Source: Squalus acanthias (taxonomy: Eukaryota). Taken from it: a DNA stretch of 64,000 nt. The translations under genes were made by a program, and so were the position numbers. Shown here piece by piece: positions 1-11,082 of the stretch. Position 1 is the stretch's first letter, and each line of letters starts with the position of its first letter. The DNA lies in assembly GCA_030390025.1 (NCBI GenBank), contig CM059438.1:61010001-61074000 (forward strand). The letters run 5' to 3'. The notes under the pieces are model-generated. The model had not been told where the DNA came from. It ran no database searches and saw only the letters and a program-made list of their open reading frames with translations.

Positions 1-919
1 CAGGCGGACAGCTTAAGCCTCCTTGGTGGATGGCCACCTTCTCAGGTATTTTTTTTTGAGTGGTTTTCAGACAGTACCGTAGGAGAAACAGAAACCAGCC
101 ACAATTCAGAAATAAGAACTCCTTACTTTGTCTGTATTACATTCAGATATCTACTGGATAGATGTCCCAATCCCGTTTTCAACTTTGAAAAGAAACTATG
201 TCCAATGACCTTAAATAACATTAAAAATCCATCTGCAACTTTATATACAACCACATTAACTCTGATTAAATTAGATTAGGAAAAAAATGTCAATGTGAAT
301 TTTTTTTTGTTACAGTTAATTCAATCTGTTCTAAACCGAGCCTGAAAACTGGTTTAGAAGAGATTTTAGTCGCAAACCAACCTATTCAACTGAAGCTTAA
401 AGGCTAGCGCTTGCTGGCTAGATGGAGTCTGCCTGTGTTCTTTGTCCCTTTTTAAAACAAAACTTAATTTTCAGAGGTGCAAATCTCAACAGCCAGTCCC
501 GTTCATTGAAGCAACTGGGAAGTTCTCACTTTTCTTGGATCCTTTCCAATCGATGAAGTCTTCACGTTTAATGGCCAGCCGGTTTCCAAGGCAACGACGT
601 GTTGGCTTAATGGAGCAACAGGCCCTCTAAAGGAGGAGGCCTGAAGAGCTACGAGAGGTGTACTGCACGCGGACCACTGGAAATCAAGGTTGACGGGCAT
701 GACAAATAGCATCGCCAGCCCTGAAGTTCAAAGTTCAAAATGCGCCACAAGAGCAGATGGCCAATCAGTCTAGTCTTTACGGTTGGTTAAGTAGGTCAGT
801 GAACTGGACTGGTACGGCTGCCAGTGTAGACGTCAATAGGCAGCAAAGTGGACTAGTGGGCACAGCAAATGGCCGCCAGTCTGGACAATGCAGAAGTTTT
901 ATTTTCCTCTTCGCCGTGC

Positions 920-1222
920 TTACTCGGAGAACTTGTGAATGTCGTTGTGCAGCATGTAGTAAGGGTAGGAGATCTCGTTCTGGTACGGGCAGTTGTAGTG
1001 GCACCGGCACTTGTTGGTCCACATCATGCTCTTGGAGAAGGTCTCGCCGTCCTCGCAGCGGAAGCCCACTTGGATGGTGCGGGTCTGCGACGGGGTGCAG
1101 CAGCGCCCGTCTGTGCAGGAGCCGCACCAGCGGGGCCTGTACCTCCGCACGCTGGCGCATCCGGCATAGGTGAATCGCACGGGCTCCTTGGCCTTCTTCA
1201 TTCGGAAGCACTTCTTGCCCTT
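920..1222 (-). CDS. ccn1: CCN1/CYR61-like, exon 5 (C-terminal cystine-knot domain, stop codon)
   Basis: Acceptor ctctttcctcgttcgcAG before 1222, phase 0; [44 protein letters not shown]...[11 protein letters not shown]...NDIHKFSE* (TAA 922-920); 10 Cys; C-terminus matches CCN1 NDIHKF signature. Symbol denotes the CCN1 subfamily; orthologue vs paralogue unresolved. Confidence 0.95.
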   Translation of the reverse strand, partial: KGKKCFRMKKAKEPVRFTYAGCASVRRYRPRWCGSCTDGRCCTPSQTRTIQVGFRCEDGETFSKSMMWTNKCRCHYNCPYQNEISYPYYMLHNDIHKFSE

Positions 1223-1380
1223 CTGCGAACGAGGAAAGAGAATGACTTGATAGGACCCTCTCAGGGTTAACCATGACGGACTAACTCACAACCCCCACGT
1301 CCCACCACCACAGGACCGATCTTATCAATGTGCCACACCAGGACTGGGCGAGGGGAGCCTCACCGGTCGGCCGTGCATAT

Positions 1381-1905
1381 CAACAACAACAACAACTTGC
1401 ATTTATATAGCGCCTTTATCGACACCGAGACACATAAGTAAATATTCAGACAGGGGACCAAAAGCTTGATCAAAGAGATAGGTTTTACGCAGCGTCTTAA
1501 AGGAGGGCAGAGAGGCGGAGAGGCGGAAATTCCAGAGCTTAGGGCCCAGGTAGCTGAAAGCATGGCCGCCAATGGTGGAGCTATGAAAATCGGGGATGCG
1601 CAACAGGCCAGAATTGGAGGAGCGCAGAGATCTCGGCGGGTTGTAGGGCTGGAGGAGGTTACAGAGATAGGGAGGGGCGAGGCCATGGAGGGATTTGAAC
1701 ACAAGGATGAGAATCTTTAAAGTGAGGCGTTGCCGGACTGGGAGCCAATGTAGGTCAGTGATTTGGATGAGCTCAAGTTTACGGTGGGTGCAAGGTGGAG
1801 GCCGGCCAGGAGTGCACTGGAATAATCAAGTCTAGAAGTAACAAAGACATGGATGAGGGTTTCAGCAGCGGATGAGCTGAGGCAGGGGAGGAGACGGGCG
1901 ATGCG
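1381..1905 (-). mobile_element. L2-clade LINE 3' fragment in intron 4
   Basis: Minus strand encodes ETLIHVFVTSRLDYS...FKSLHGLAPPYL...AFSYLGPKLWN (L2 ORF2 C-terminus) and ends in tatataaatgcaagttgttgttg. Confidence 0.8.
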
Positions 1906-2097
1906 AGGAAATTGTACCATCCATTTACAAAGAAAACTAACTGTGACCTTGTCCCCACATCGCAACAACCTAGGCAAGGCCAAGTCCATGCCCGCCATCT
2001 TGCACATGCTGAGACGATTTGGACCATTACAGGACTGGAACCAAATTATCCTACCATTCGATATCCACAATGTCAAAACAATCCGGACCACCCAGAT

Positions 2098-2628
2098 GTC
2101 AGCTGTGACTCAGTTGGTAGGACTCTCGTCTCTGAGTCAGAAGGTTCAGGGTTCAAAAACCAGGCTGACACTTCAGTGCAGTACTGAGGGAGTGCTGCAC
2201 TGTCAGAGGTGCCGTTTTTTGGATGAGACGTTAAGCCCTCTCAGATGGACATCAAAATCCTATGGTACTATTTCAAAGAAGAGCAGGGAAGTTCTCCCCG
2301 ATGTCTTGGGCCAATATTTATCCCTCAAGCAACATCACGAAAACAGATTATCTGGTCATTATCTCATTGCTGTTTGTGGGAGCTAGAATAATCAAGTCTA
2401 GAAGTAACAAAGACATGGATGAGGGTTTCAGCAGCAGATGAGCTGAGGCAGGGGCGGAGACGGGCGATGTTAGGAAATTGTACCATCCATTTACAAAGAA
2501 AACTAACAAATTGGCTGTCACGTTTCCTACTTTACAACAGTGACTGCGCTTCAAAAATGACTGAATTGGCTGTAAAAGCTTTGGGATGTCCTGAGGTCAA
2601 GAAATGCGCTGTATAAATGCAAGTTCTT
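2098..2628 (+). mobile_element. DeuSINE (SacSINE1-like), interrupted by a 122-bp insert
   Basis: tRNA-like head (tgactcagttggtag...ggttcaa), central gtgcagtactgagggagtgctgcactgtc...ggatgagacgttaa block, L2-like tail tataaatgcaagt. Confidence 0.8.
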
Positions 2629-2718
2629 TCTGTTGTGGCCTTGTTTAGGAGAGATGACAGTGTCTGTCAGATGGCGGTCAATTGTTTGTACAACACACGG
2701 CGATGAGCAGCCCCTTAC

Positions 2719-2921
2719 CTTGAGGTTGGTGTTGAGTGGTAGGTCGCAGGGACGGAGCTGGCAGAGGCGGGTCTCTTTCATCAGTTTGCACTGGGGGTTG
2801 TCGCTGGTCACTCTGGTGGAGATGCCGGTGCCGCAGGTCTTGGAGCACTGCGACCAGTTAGTGGTCTGAACCAGGCACCTTGACCTGTCGGAGGTACGAT
2901 CGTGGGCCTGTGCTCTCCAGC
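2719..2921 (-). CDS. ccn1: CCN1/CYR61-like, exon 4 (TSP1 domain)
   Basis: Acceptor ttctctctgcAG, donor GTAAGG; 203 nt, phase 1 to 0; [68 protein letters not shown]; 6 Cys. Confidence 0.95.
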
Positions 2922-3007
2922 CTGCAGAGAGAAACAAGTCCTCATCAAAAATATGCTCTCCTTCCCTGACGCGGTGGGCAGTAACCGACAGATACATATG
3001 AATATTC

Positions 3008-3166
3008 GGGGTCAAATTTCTACAGGAGGAGTCCCCTGACTCTCCGCTGTATCTCTGCGGAAACCCCGGAGAAAGGGAATAAGCGGCATTTATGCCGTTT
3101 CTCCAGGGTTTCCGTGGAACTTCCGTCAACGTTACAGCCATAAATTCCCCGTGCAAATTCAACCCC
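3008..3166. mobile_element. Short palindromic MITE
   Basis: Ends ggggtcaaattt / aaattcaacccc; internal arms cggaaaccccggagaaa / tttctccagggtttccg. Confidence 0.6.
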
Positions 3167-3258
3167 ACAGAGTCCAGATACAATAGTTGTGGGTTATATT
3201 TAGGGGAATGAGCAAAGATACAACCAGTTCAAATTTACAGATATATATTAAAAATCTT

Positions 3259-4027
3259 GGGGGCGAAATTCGGCTTCTTTGCACCTGCAGTTAGCACCTC
3301 TGGGGGGCGCTAACGGGACGCAAAGGGTTTATCGCCCGGGGGGGGGGGGGGGGGTGAAAAAGCCCCTCCAGAGAAATTCGGCGGGGCGCTGCTGAGGCAC
3401 TAGCCAATAGCGCCGTGCCCTGCCGGTAGCGCGCCAGGCTGCTGCGCCGCCGGCAATGAAGTCATCGCCGAGCGACGCGACCCCCTTAGTGCCCCACGGC
3501 AGAAATTCGGCTGCATCCCGCGAGGCTGCCGCGGGCGATGTCAGCGCCAGCCTCACAGATCGCAAACCGGGCCGACCTCCGCTCGCAGGGCGGTGTTTAA
3601 AGGGGAGGTGCGGCTGCGACCCGCGCCGTCATTTTCTTCTTTTGGCTGACATCCAAGTCGGGCCTTCATGGCGGACCCTGGCGTGGTCTGTGGCCGCCAT
3701 CGCTGCGGCCACAGCACCATGCCGCCCTGGTGGCCTAGTGTGGGCCATCGGAGGCCCTGCAGAGCTCACAACATCCCTCCCCTTTAACGTAAGGGGAGGG
3801 GTGGTGAAATGCGTCAGCGCTACGCAGAGCGACCGTGTAGTGTTACCACCCTTTGCGCCCCCGACACCGCCCCGAGAGGAAGTGGAGTGCCCGAGATAGC
3901 GCTCCACTTCCTCTCTGGGGCGGTAAACCGAATTTAGCGGCCGGGTTGGTACTTCTGCGCAGGGCACTAAATGTCTGGCGCTAATTCGGTTACCGCCCCA
4001 AACGAGACGTAACTGAATTTCGCGCCC
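3259..4027. mobile_element. GC-rich non-autonomous DNA transposon (PIF/Harbinger-like MITE)
   Basis: TIR gggggcgaaattc / gaatttcgcgccc, 3-bp TSD CTT (3256-3258, 4028-4030); homologous to 27220-28095 and 61140-61645. Confidence 0.75.
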
Positions 4028-4334
4028 CTTACATCTGCACACACTTTCCTCTCAACTTTACCTGTCGTACATTCCTGTGACAAACCTGTCACACTCTTAC
4101 AGCGTGACAAGTTTACATAGCCAGTTTCCATTGTAAACGTAGACATAGGGATTTATAATGGAAATATAAAAATAAAGACAGAATGTATGTTATGAAATGG
4201 GAACTGAAGTACGTCTGCGCGCCTTGGTCCAATGATCCCTCGCCCTCTAATCCCACTTCACCTGAAGACTATACTCGGTCTTGACTTCCTGAGGTGAGCT
4301 AGCGTCTTTATATTTTTCCTCCCTCCTTTCCTGA

Positions 4335-4500
4335 AGGCACTGACTGCCACTGGGATACAGTTCCACAGGCACTGGAGGCCTTCCATGTACCTCTTTCAAA
4401 TGACCACTCTTCATGTGCAAGCCCAAAAGGCGAGTGCCAACAGGTTATTTGACCATGAGGTTCAGCAAGGCCAAGCCTGTCCCTAGTGGGCGAGTGTGTG

Positions 4501-4531
<31 letters not shown>

Positions 4532-4735
4532 TTTCTAGCAGAGGTCACTGGACAGTGATCATCACAGGGAACACTGGCTGGTTATTTTACCTCCCCTAGC
4601 CCAGGGGCAGTTAGGTCCATTGTAGCATCCTACACTTTTCCCCAGCTGAGACCAGCTAGTGCAGCACAGGCCCAAAGCTCGAAGCTGGGGCTTTCCTGGT
4701 GTGTGTGGCCCAGTCCCACACCGGCCAATAAATGA
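4335..4735 (-). mobile_element. Old SINE-like dispersed repeat (family B) containing a (CA)n tract
   Basis: Shares gctacaat...cccctgggctaggggagg...ccagtgac blocks with 31676-31955 and 52165-52365. Confidence 0.55.
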
Positions 4736-4820
4736 AGCAATCTCGGAGCTACAGATTCCTCTGTTAAAGGGGCAGTCGGAAGGAATGGACCAACTTCTGA
4801 ATGAGTGAGTGCTGGCCTAC

Positions 4821-5186
4821 CTGGTTCCACCTTTAGGCCTCCTCTGACGAGGTCAGTCAGCTCATTGCTGGATAGCAGTTCTGCATCCGGCTGGTCTCCG
4901 ATCTCTTCATAACTCATCGAGTCGTCTGCTTCCTCGGTGCTATCGCCAGAGTCTTCGCCAATATGGTTGGTGTCGCAGGCCCACTCCTCGCAGCACTGGC
5001 CTGGTACCTTGACCAGCCGAGGCTTGGGGCAGTCCATGGTTGGTAGAGAGAGCTCCTGGGGACAGAGGGGCATACAGCCCACCACTCCATCGATACAGGT
5101 ACACTGATGCTTGCAGTTGGGTTGAAAGTTCTCTCCGTTCTGGTAGATACTCCCACCAAACTCACAAGGCCTCCCTTCAGATTTGG
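4821..5186 (-). CDS. ccn1: CCN1/CYR61-like, exon 3 (VWC domain and hinge)
   Basis: Acceptor ttttgatgttctAG, donor GTAGGC; 366 nt, phase 1-1; [72 protein letters not shown]...; 10 Cys; near-identical to CCN1 VWC. Confidence 0.96.
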
Positions 5187-5282
5187 CTAGAACATCAAAA
5201 AAATAAATTTACCCATGTGGAATATTCAACACGCAACAGAAACTTCTAAGCTCAAAGATCTTCAGGAAAGGTTTGGAAAAGC

Positions 5283-5735
5283 CATCGAGTTGTTGTGATC
5301 TGGAACGCACTGCCTGAAAGGGCGGTGAATGCAGATTCAATAGTAACTTTCAAAAGGGAATTGGATAAATAGTTGAAGGGGAAAAATTTGCAGGGCTATA
5401 GGGAAAGAGCAGGGAATGGGACTAATTGGACGGCTCTTTCAAAGAGCCAGCACAGGCACGATGGGCAAAATGGCCTCTTTCTGTGCTGTATAATTCTATG
5501 ATTCTAAGATTCTAAGTCTTAGTTGAGTTTATTTCCCCTCTTCCAGTCAGATTCTTTCTCCAGTGGCCCCTACCCTTGCATGTTGCTAGGAGTAGATAAA
5601 CATTTGAAGCAGAGGAAGATACAGGGCTACTTGGAGAGCGCAGAGCAGTGGGATTAGCTTTGGATTACTTTAGCAAAGTGTCGGCACAGGCAGGCTGGGC
5701 TGAACGGCCTCCTTCTGTGCTGTGCATTCCGATGG
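5283..5735 (+). mobile_element. Two CR1 (HER1-like) LINE 3'-end fragments
   Basis: tggaacgcactgcctg...ttcaaaagggaattggat...gggcaaaatggcct...(attcta)n tail at ~5283-5515; second 3' end at ~5590-5735. Confidence 0.7.
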
Positions 5736-5840
5736 TGCGATGGCATCCGGTCCCTGAAGTTCTCCGACCTGTCAGTACTGCCATGTAACCGGACCCCAGG
5801 AAGCGGGCCTGACGGTTACTAGAAGTTACTAATAATCACG

Positions 5841-6188
5841 GGGTTACTAATAACCACGAGGGTTACTATGGGTTACTAATAACCACCAGGGTTACTATGG
5901 GTTACTAATAACCACCAGGGTTACTATGGGTTACTAATAACCACCAGGGTTACTATGGGTTACTAATAACCACCAGGGTTACTACGGGTTACTAATAACC
6001 ACGAGAGTTACTATGGGTTACTAATAACCACTAGGGTTACTATGGGTTACTAATTACCACCAGGGTTACTATGGGTTACTAATTACCACCAGGGTTACTA
6101 TGAGTTACAAATAACCACGAGGGTTACTATGGGTTACTAATAACCACCAGGGTTACTACGGGTTACTAGTAACCACGAGGTTACTAAT
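5841..6188. repeat. 29-bp minisatellite, ~12 copies
   Basis: Unit gggttactaataaccaccagggttactat. Confidence 0.95.
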
Positions 6189-6310
6189 GATCACTTTTCC
6201 TTGGGACATCAGGTTGATGCCACTCGTTAATACCATCACCAGTGAACAACAAGATGGCTCTTCCCACTCAGCATCCTGCCTCATTTTATGTTGTTAAACG
6301 CTTGACTTAC

Positions 6311-6524
6311 CTCGGCAGATGCCCCGCGTGGCGACGTCACTGGAGCCGAAGCTACACTCGAGGCCCTTGATGTGGTCGCAGGGTTCCATGGTGCTGCAAT
6401 CCTGGTTGAATTGCCGTGCACACACCTTGCAGCAGTTGCAGCCGTCCATTATCAAGCTGTTGCCCGGGGCACAGGTCGGAGGGGCATCGGGGCAGTGACA
6501 CGCTGGTCCACAGCTACTCTCCAC
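6311..6524 (-). CDS. ccn1: CCN1/CYR61-like, exon 2 (IGFBP domain)
   Basis: Acceptor ttcttgcccaacccAG, donor GTAAGT; 214 nt, phase 0 to 1; [71 protein letters not shown]; 12 Cys. Confidence 0.96.
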
Positions 6525-6803
6525 CTGGGTTGGGCAAGAAAAACACCAATCAGGCTTCTGCAGGCACTCAGCTCCTGCCCGCTGCATGTGGTCTGCTTGT
6601 GGTCTTGGTGATTGTAGGGAATCAGATGGGAAGGTTACTGGGTGTTGTACCGCGCAACACAGATTAGCGGCAGAGTTTGATCAGAACAGAAATGTGGGCA
6701 AACCAAACCCTGGCATTAAACACCCGGCGCTACTGAAAATCTCAGCACCACGCTGGACTGAGTCTTGCTGCGAACAGTACTCCTTTTATTTGTTCAATTC
6801 ATC

Positions 6804-7127
6804 ATACCAGGGAGTGAGTTACAGACTGGGATCTAATCGAGGGGTTCGGGGGTTTATATATAGAATAATGGATAACTGGAGTGAGTTACAGGCTGGAATT
6901 TAATCGAGGGGTTCGGGTGGTTTCTATATAGAATAATGGATACTCGGGTATGAGTTACAGGCTGGAATTTAATCGAGGGGTTCGGGTGGTTTATATATAG
7001 AATAATGGATACCTGGAGTGAGTTACAGACTGGAATCTAATCGAGGGGTTCGGGGGTTTATATATAGAATAACAGATACCCGGGTGAGAGTTACAGGCTA
7101 GAATCTAACCGAGGGGTTCGGTGGTTT
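6804..7127. repeat. ~68-bp tandem repeat, ~5 copies
   Basis: Unit gagtgagttacagactggaatctaatcgaggggttcgggtggtttatatatagaataatggatac..; second array at 32926-33160. Confidence 0.9.
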
Positions 7128-8274
7128 CTCACCAGGGCAAGGACAGGGACAATCTACCCTATACAATAATGGACACCCCAGTGAGTTTCAGATCAGCATA
7201 GGAAATAGTGAATAATGTGCGATAAAACAGTCAGTGTATAATATACTGAGCAATGTATCTATATATAAAACAGAATGTATATAAATAGTGGGTAATGTAT
7301 AATATAAAACAGATAGTATAATATACAGACAGTGTATAATATATATATATATATAAAACACAAGTGTGTAAATAATCTTAGTATATAATATACAGAGTAA
7401 TGTGCATCTATGGGAGATGGTATGGGGTAATTTTCCATGTCTGTGCTTCGGACACAGGATTGCGCACTGACAGGCCTGTTAGAATATCAGGTGCGGTGGA
7501 CAGTGTGCCTCATATTGTAATTTAAATTAATAGAAGGTAAATCGGACACATTGCAGAATGTGCAAACTATCTTCAGCACCTGATCTCCCAATGACCCTGT
7601 CCAGCGGCGATGCTTTTATATATGCATGTGTGTGTGTGTACATGTGCGTTTACATGTGTGTGTGCGTGTGCGTATGTATGTACATGTGCATTTGCATGTA
7701 TATGTGCGCGTGTGTGTGCGCGCATGTGCAATGTGCAATAATGTATTCAAATACTATTCCTGTCTCTTGAAGAATTATTATGGAGACCTGCAGTTAGTGT
7801 ATCTGAGTGCAATATGATGACACATTTGAAATTCTTTAGCACGCCATTACTGAACAAGCCAGTTATACTGACAGAGGAATTAAAGGTGTGAAACAAAAAT
7901 ATTCACCACCATCCCAGCCTCAAACACACCACGGTCACTTAGAACTAGAACAGGGAGCTCCCACCACAGGGAAGAAGCAGTTGCTTTTCACCAAAGCCAT
8001 CGAAGATTGTAAATCAATTTATGGTTCTTTATCTGAACAGCACCCCGCTTCCCGAGCCAGACCGGTCTGCAGACAGGGGGTCACGGTGATAGGGGGCACG
8101 GTGATAGGGGGCACGGGAGATTGGGGGCCTATTCAGCCAGCTGCCTGTGGGGATGCTCAACTGAGTATCGTACACTCAGCCATGATTAGAGAGCTACCGA
8201 GTGACATCTAAGCAAACACTCACTGGGCTTCAGTGTGAAGGCTTTGTTAATGCGCTTGTATTTCTGTGCCTTGA

Positions 8275-8531
8275 AGTGCAGTAGACCATTGTTAAGCCGT
8301 CTTTCAGATGAGACGTTAAACCGAGGGCCTGTCTGCCATCTCCATTAGATGTAATAAAAGATCCCATCCCACAGTAAGATGTCACAAACAGCAATGAGAT
8401 AAATGACCCGATAATATGCTTTTTTTTTAGTGATCTTGGTTGAGGGATAAATATTGGCCAGGACACCAGTTAAAACTCCCTGCTGTTCTTCGAAATAATG
8501 CCATGGGATCTTTTACGTCCACCCGAGAGGG
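8275..8531. mobile_element. Composite of two oppositely oriented DeuSINE fragments
   Basis: Plus segment ending aaaagatcccat followed by minus segment ending atgggatcttttacgtccacc. Confidence 0.65.
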
Positions 8532-9539
8532 CTATCTAATCATCGCTTCTTTCACTGAAGTGGGTGTCGTCAGGTCCCCCCCCCCCCCCAAGGTCTCTTC
8601 TCGGCTGTGGAGTTTACTCCTGCACCAGGAAATGCTTATTGCACAGGGAGGGCGGGAGAAAGCAGTGAGACAACAACCATGGCAGATCATGTCCCTGCCC
8701 AGTCCCTCAACCCTTGCAAGGTCCTCGTGTTGTTTGACGGGACTGTCCATTCAGAGACATGACTCAGCACAGCTGGAAATAGACCTGTCAGACGTGCCAA
8801 GCCCAATGACCTCCAGCACACTTCATTACTAGGATTTGCAATTACACTTCAGCAAGAATTTTCTGTTGTGAAATTGCCTGCAGACTTTTAACCCTGACAG
8901 GTTCAGGCAAATAACTACTCCCTCCAGCGCCTGACTGTATTTTTAATCTTCTGCTGACAGACTGTGACACTGAATCAAACACCAACGCTATATTATTAAC
9001 AGAATACACCAAATCCTCGGGTATAGATTCATCACCATCAAAATAAACACCATGAACTCAATTTTAAGTACTTTAATTTCGCTTGCACTGTCGCTTCCAA
9101 CTCTCTTTCCCTTTAGCCCTATTTCTATTTTTTTTAAACTTCAATTTAACGTGTGTTTTTTAAAAAAAACACCTAACCCACTCCGGAACTGAACAAGTAG
9201 CCGGCTGATGGAACCAATAGGAAAGGGTGTTGTTGAAAGGGTTAATTGCTTTTGGTGTCGTCAGCTGACACGCTAACCTTTCACCTGTGGGGCCAGAGCT
9301 TCAGCCTGGCCCAGGGTGCCGGGCTGAATGTCTCCTCCTTTCTCTGTCAGATGACAGGATTCCCCACACAATGCCCCTGGCAGTGCCCGCTGTGAACCGA
9401 GGCACACCACCCGCACCCCTTTTCCTGCCAGAAGCTAAGGGAGCGTCTCTCCTTTGGCATCATCACCAAAAACACCCTGCTGCTCCTGCCCAGTGGCAGC
9501 CAGGAGGAACTAGTAAAAAAAAATAGGTTTTCCTTGGGT

Positions 9540-9905
9540 GTGGGCCGTGGCTCAGTGGGCAGCACTCTCGCCGTCAGAAGGTCGGGGGTTCAAGCCCCAC
9601 TCCAGAGACTTGAGCACACAATCCCGGCTGACAATCCCGTGCAGTACGAAGGGAGTGCTACACTGTCGGAGGTGCCGCCTTTCGGATGGGCTGTTTAACT
9701 GAGGCCCCTGTCTGCCCTCGGAGGAGGATATTTATCCCAAAACCTACATCCCTCAACAAAGATTATATTGTCATTATCTCCTTGCTGTTGGTGGGACCTT
9801 GCTGTGCACCTCATTTCCCTACAACAGTGACTACACTTCCAAAGTACTGGGCGTGAAACGCTTTGGGAGGTCGTGAAAGGGCGCTATATAAATGCAAGTT
9901 CTTTT
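9540..9905 (+). mobile_element. DeuSINE (SacSINE1-like)
   Basis: gtggctcagtggg head, ggttcaagcccc B-box, central block, tail gcgctatataaatgcaagt. Confidence 0.8.
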
Positions 9906-10869
9906 GTTTCCTCCCCTCCGTGTGAAAACTCAGTACATTTTGAGCTTAGATGCTGATCCCTCCATTTCACGCAGTTGCTGATCCATGTTTGACTCCTGTT
10001 TGTAACCTGGATTTGCATCTTTTGATAAGACACGGATATTTTGTATTCTTATTTACATGGCATCAGGCTGAGGCTGCGGGAGCGGGCATGTTTTGAGATG
10101 GTAGAGATTCTTAACTGGGTCACTAGAGGCTGCACTCTGGAACTGGTGCGTTTAACTCTTCGAGGGCTGTTTGCCGTTTATTTACACAGCAAGAGTAGAG
10201 TGCGAGGTGAGGGCAGGACCGTAAAAGGAGGGTCTGTTAACCCCGCGTTAACGGCTGCGATTCTCAAAGATGCTGCAGGCAAAGAACACTATAATGTTCC
10301 CAAAGCACAACAACTTGAGGCAAATTACACATTCACTTCACGCAGATGGAAACTCTGGACCTGCTCAAGGACAGCAGTGCCCCTTTAAACAAAAAAAAAC
10401 ACCCAGAACTGACATTTCCACCCAAGGAATCAAGGGGTTAATGACAATAGTTTCCTGGTGTGGTTCCCAAGGCTGAGATCCAGACGTGGTCCCTTTAAGA
10501 ATTGGACTCTGCCCATTCCGCACCCCCGCCCCTGCAATTTGAGCCGGGTGTGAAGTTTACCAACATGAAAAGCGGCCTTTGTGGTTTGGTTTTGTGATGA
10601 TTAAGAAGCAGCGTGGGGCCCACGCTCAGGCTTCTCAACACTGCCATTCAGTCAGCAGCAGAGATTGGCGTCATGAATGTACGTCAGTGACGGGGACTCC
10701 CAGTATCCGAGGAATTTAGAATCGGAGTGCAGCGGCCCAGGGGCTGCTCAGGCCTGGGTTGTTTCCCCTCTCTTCGCACTCCTCCCTTGGAGAATAGTGT
10801 GAAGTAGTGGAGGGATTCACAGGCTGATTAACAGCCTGACAGGTGAACACTCCTTCCATGACCATGACT

Positions 10870-11082
10870 GCGACTTTCATCTCTCCACCACTGGCGGCCG
10901 TGTCTTCAGCTGTCTGGGCCCCAAACTCTGGAATTCCCTCCCTAAACCTCCTTTAAGTCACTTCTTAAAACCTTTTGGTAACCTGTCCTAATATCTCAAG
11001 TGGCTCGGTGTCACAGTTTGTTTGATGAGCGCTTTGGGATGTTTTACTCTGTTAAAACTGATATATAAATTCAAATTGTTGT
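10870..11082 (+). mobile_element. L2-clade LINE 3' end
   Basis: ccaccactggcggccgtgtcttcagc...ctctggaattccctccct...tatataaattcaaattgttgttg. Confidence 0.65.

Noticed and set aside
1..919. Polyadenylation site of the CCN gene
   Set aside because: I saw no AATAAA on the minus strand; only a lone ATTAAA (572-567) and scattered ATTTA, so the 3' end cannot be placed and may be outside the window
757..1274. ORFs 757-1173 (+), 777-1274 (-), 869-1270 (+)
   Set aside because: Alternative or antisense frames over GC-rich CCN exon 5; no independent domain signal
3329..4042. GC-rich ORFs and CpG island as a possible gene or promoter
   Set aside because: Entirely inside a TIR/TSD-bounded MITE; the same applies to ORFs in 27220-28095 and 61140-61645
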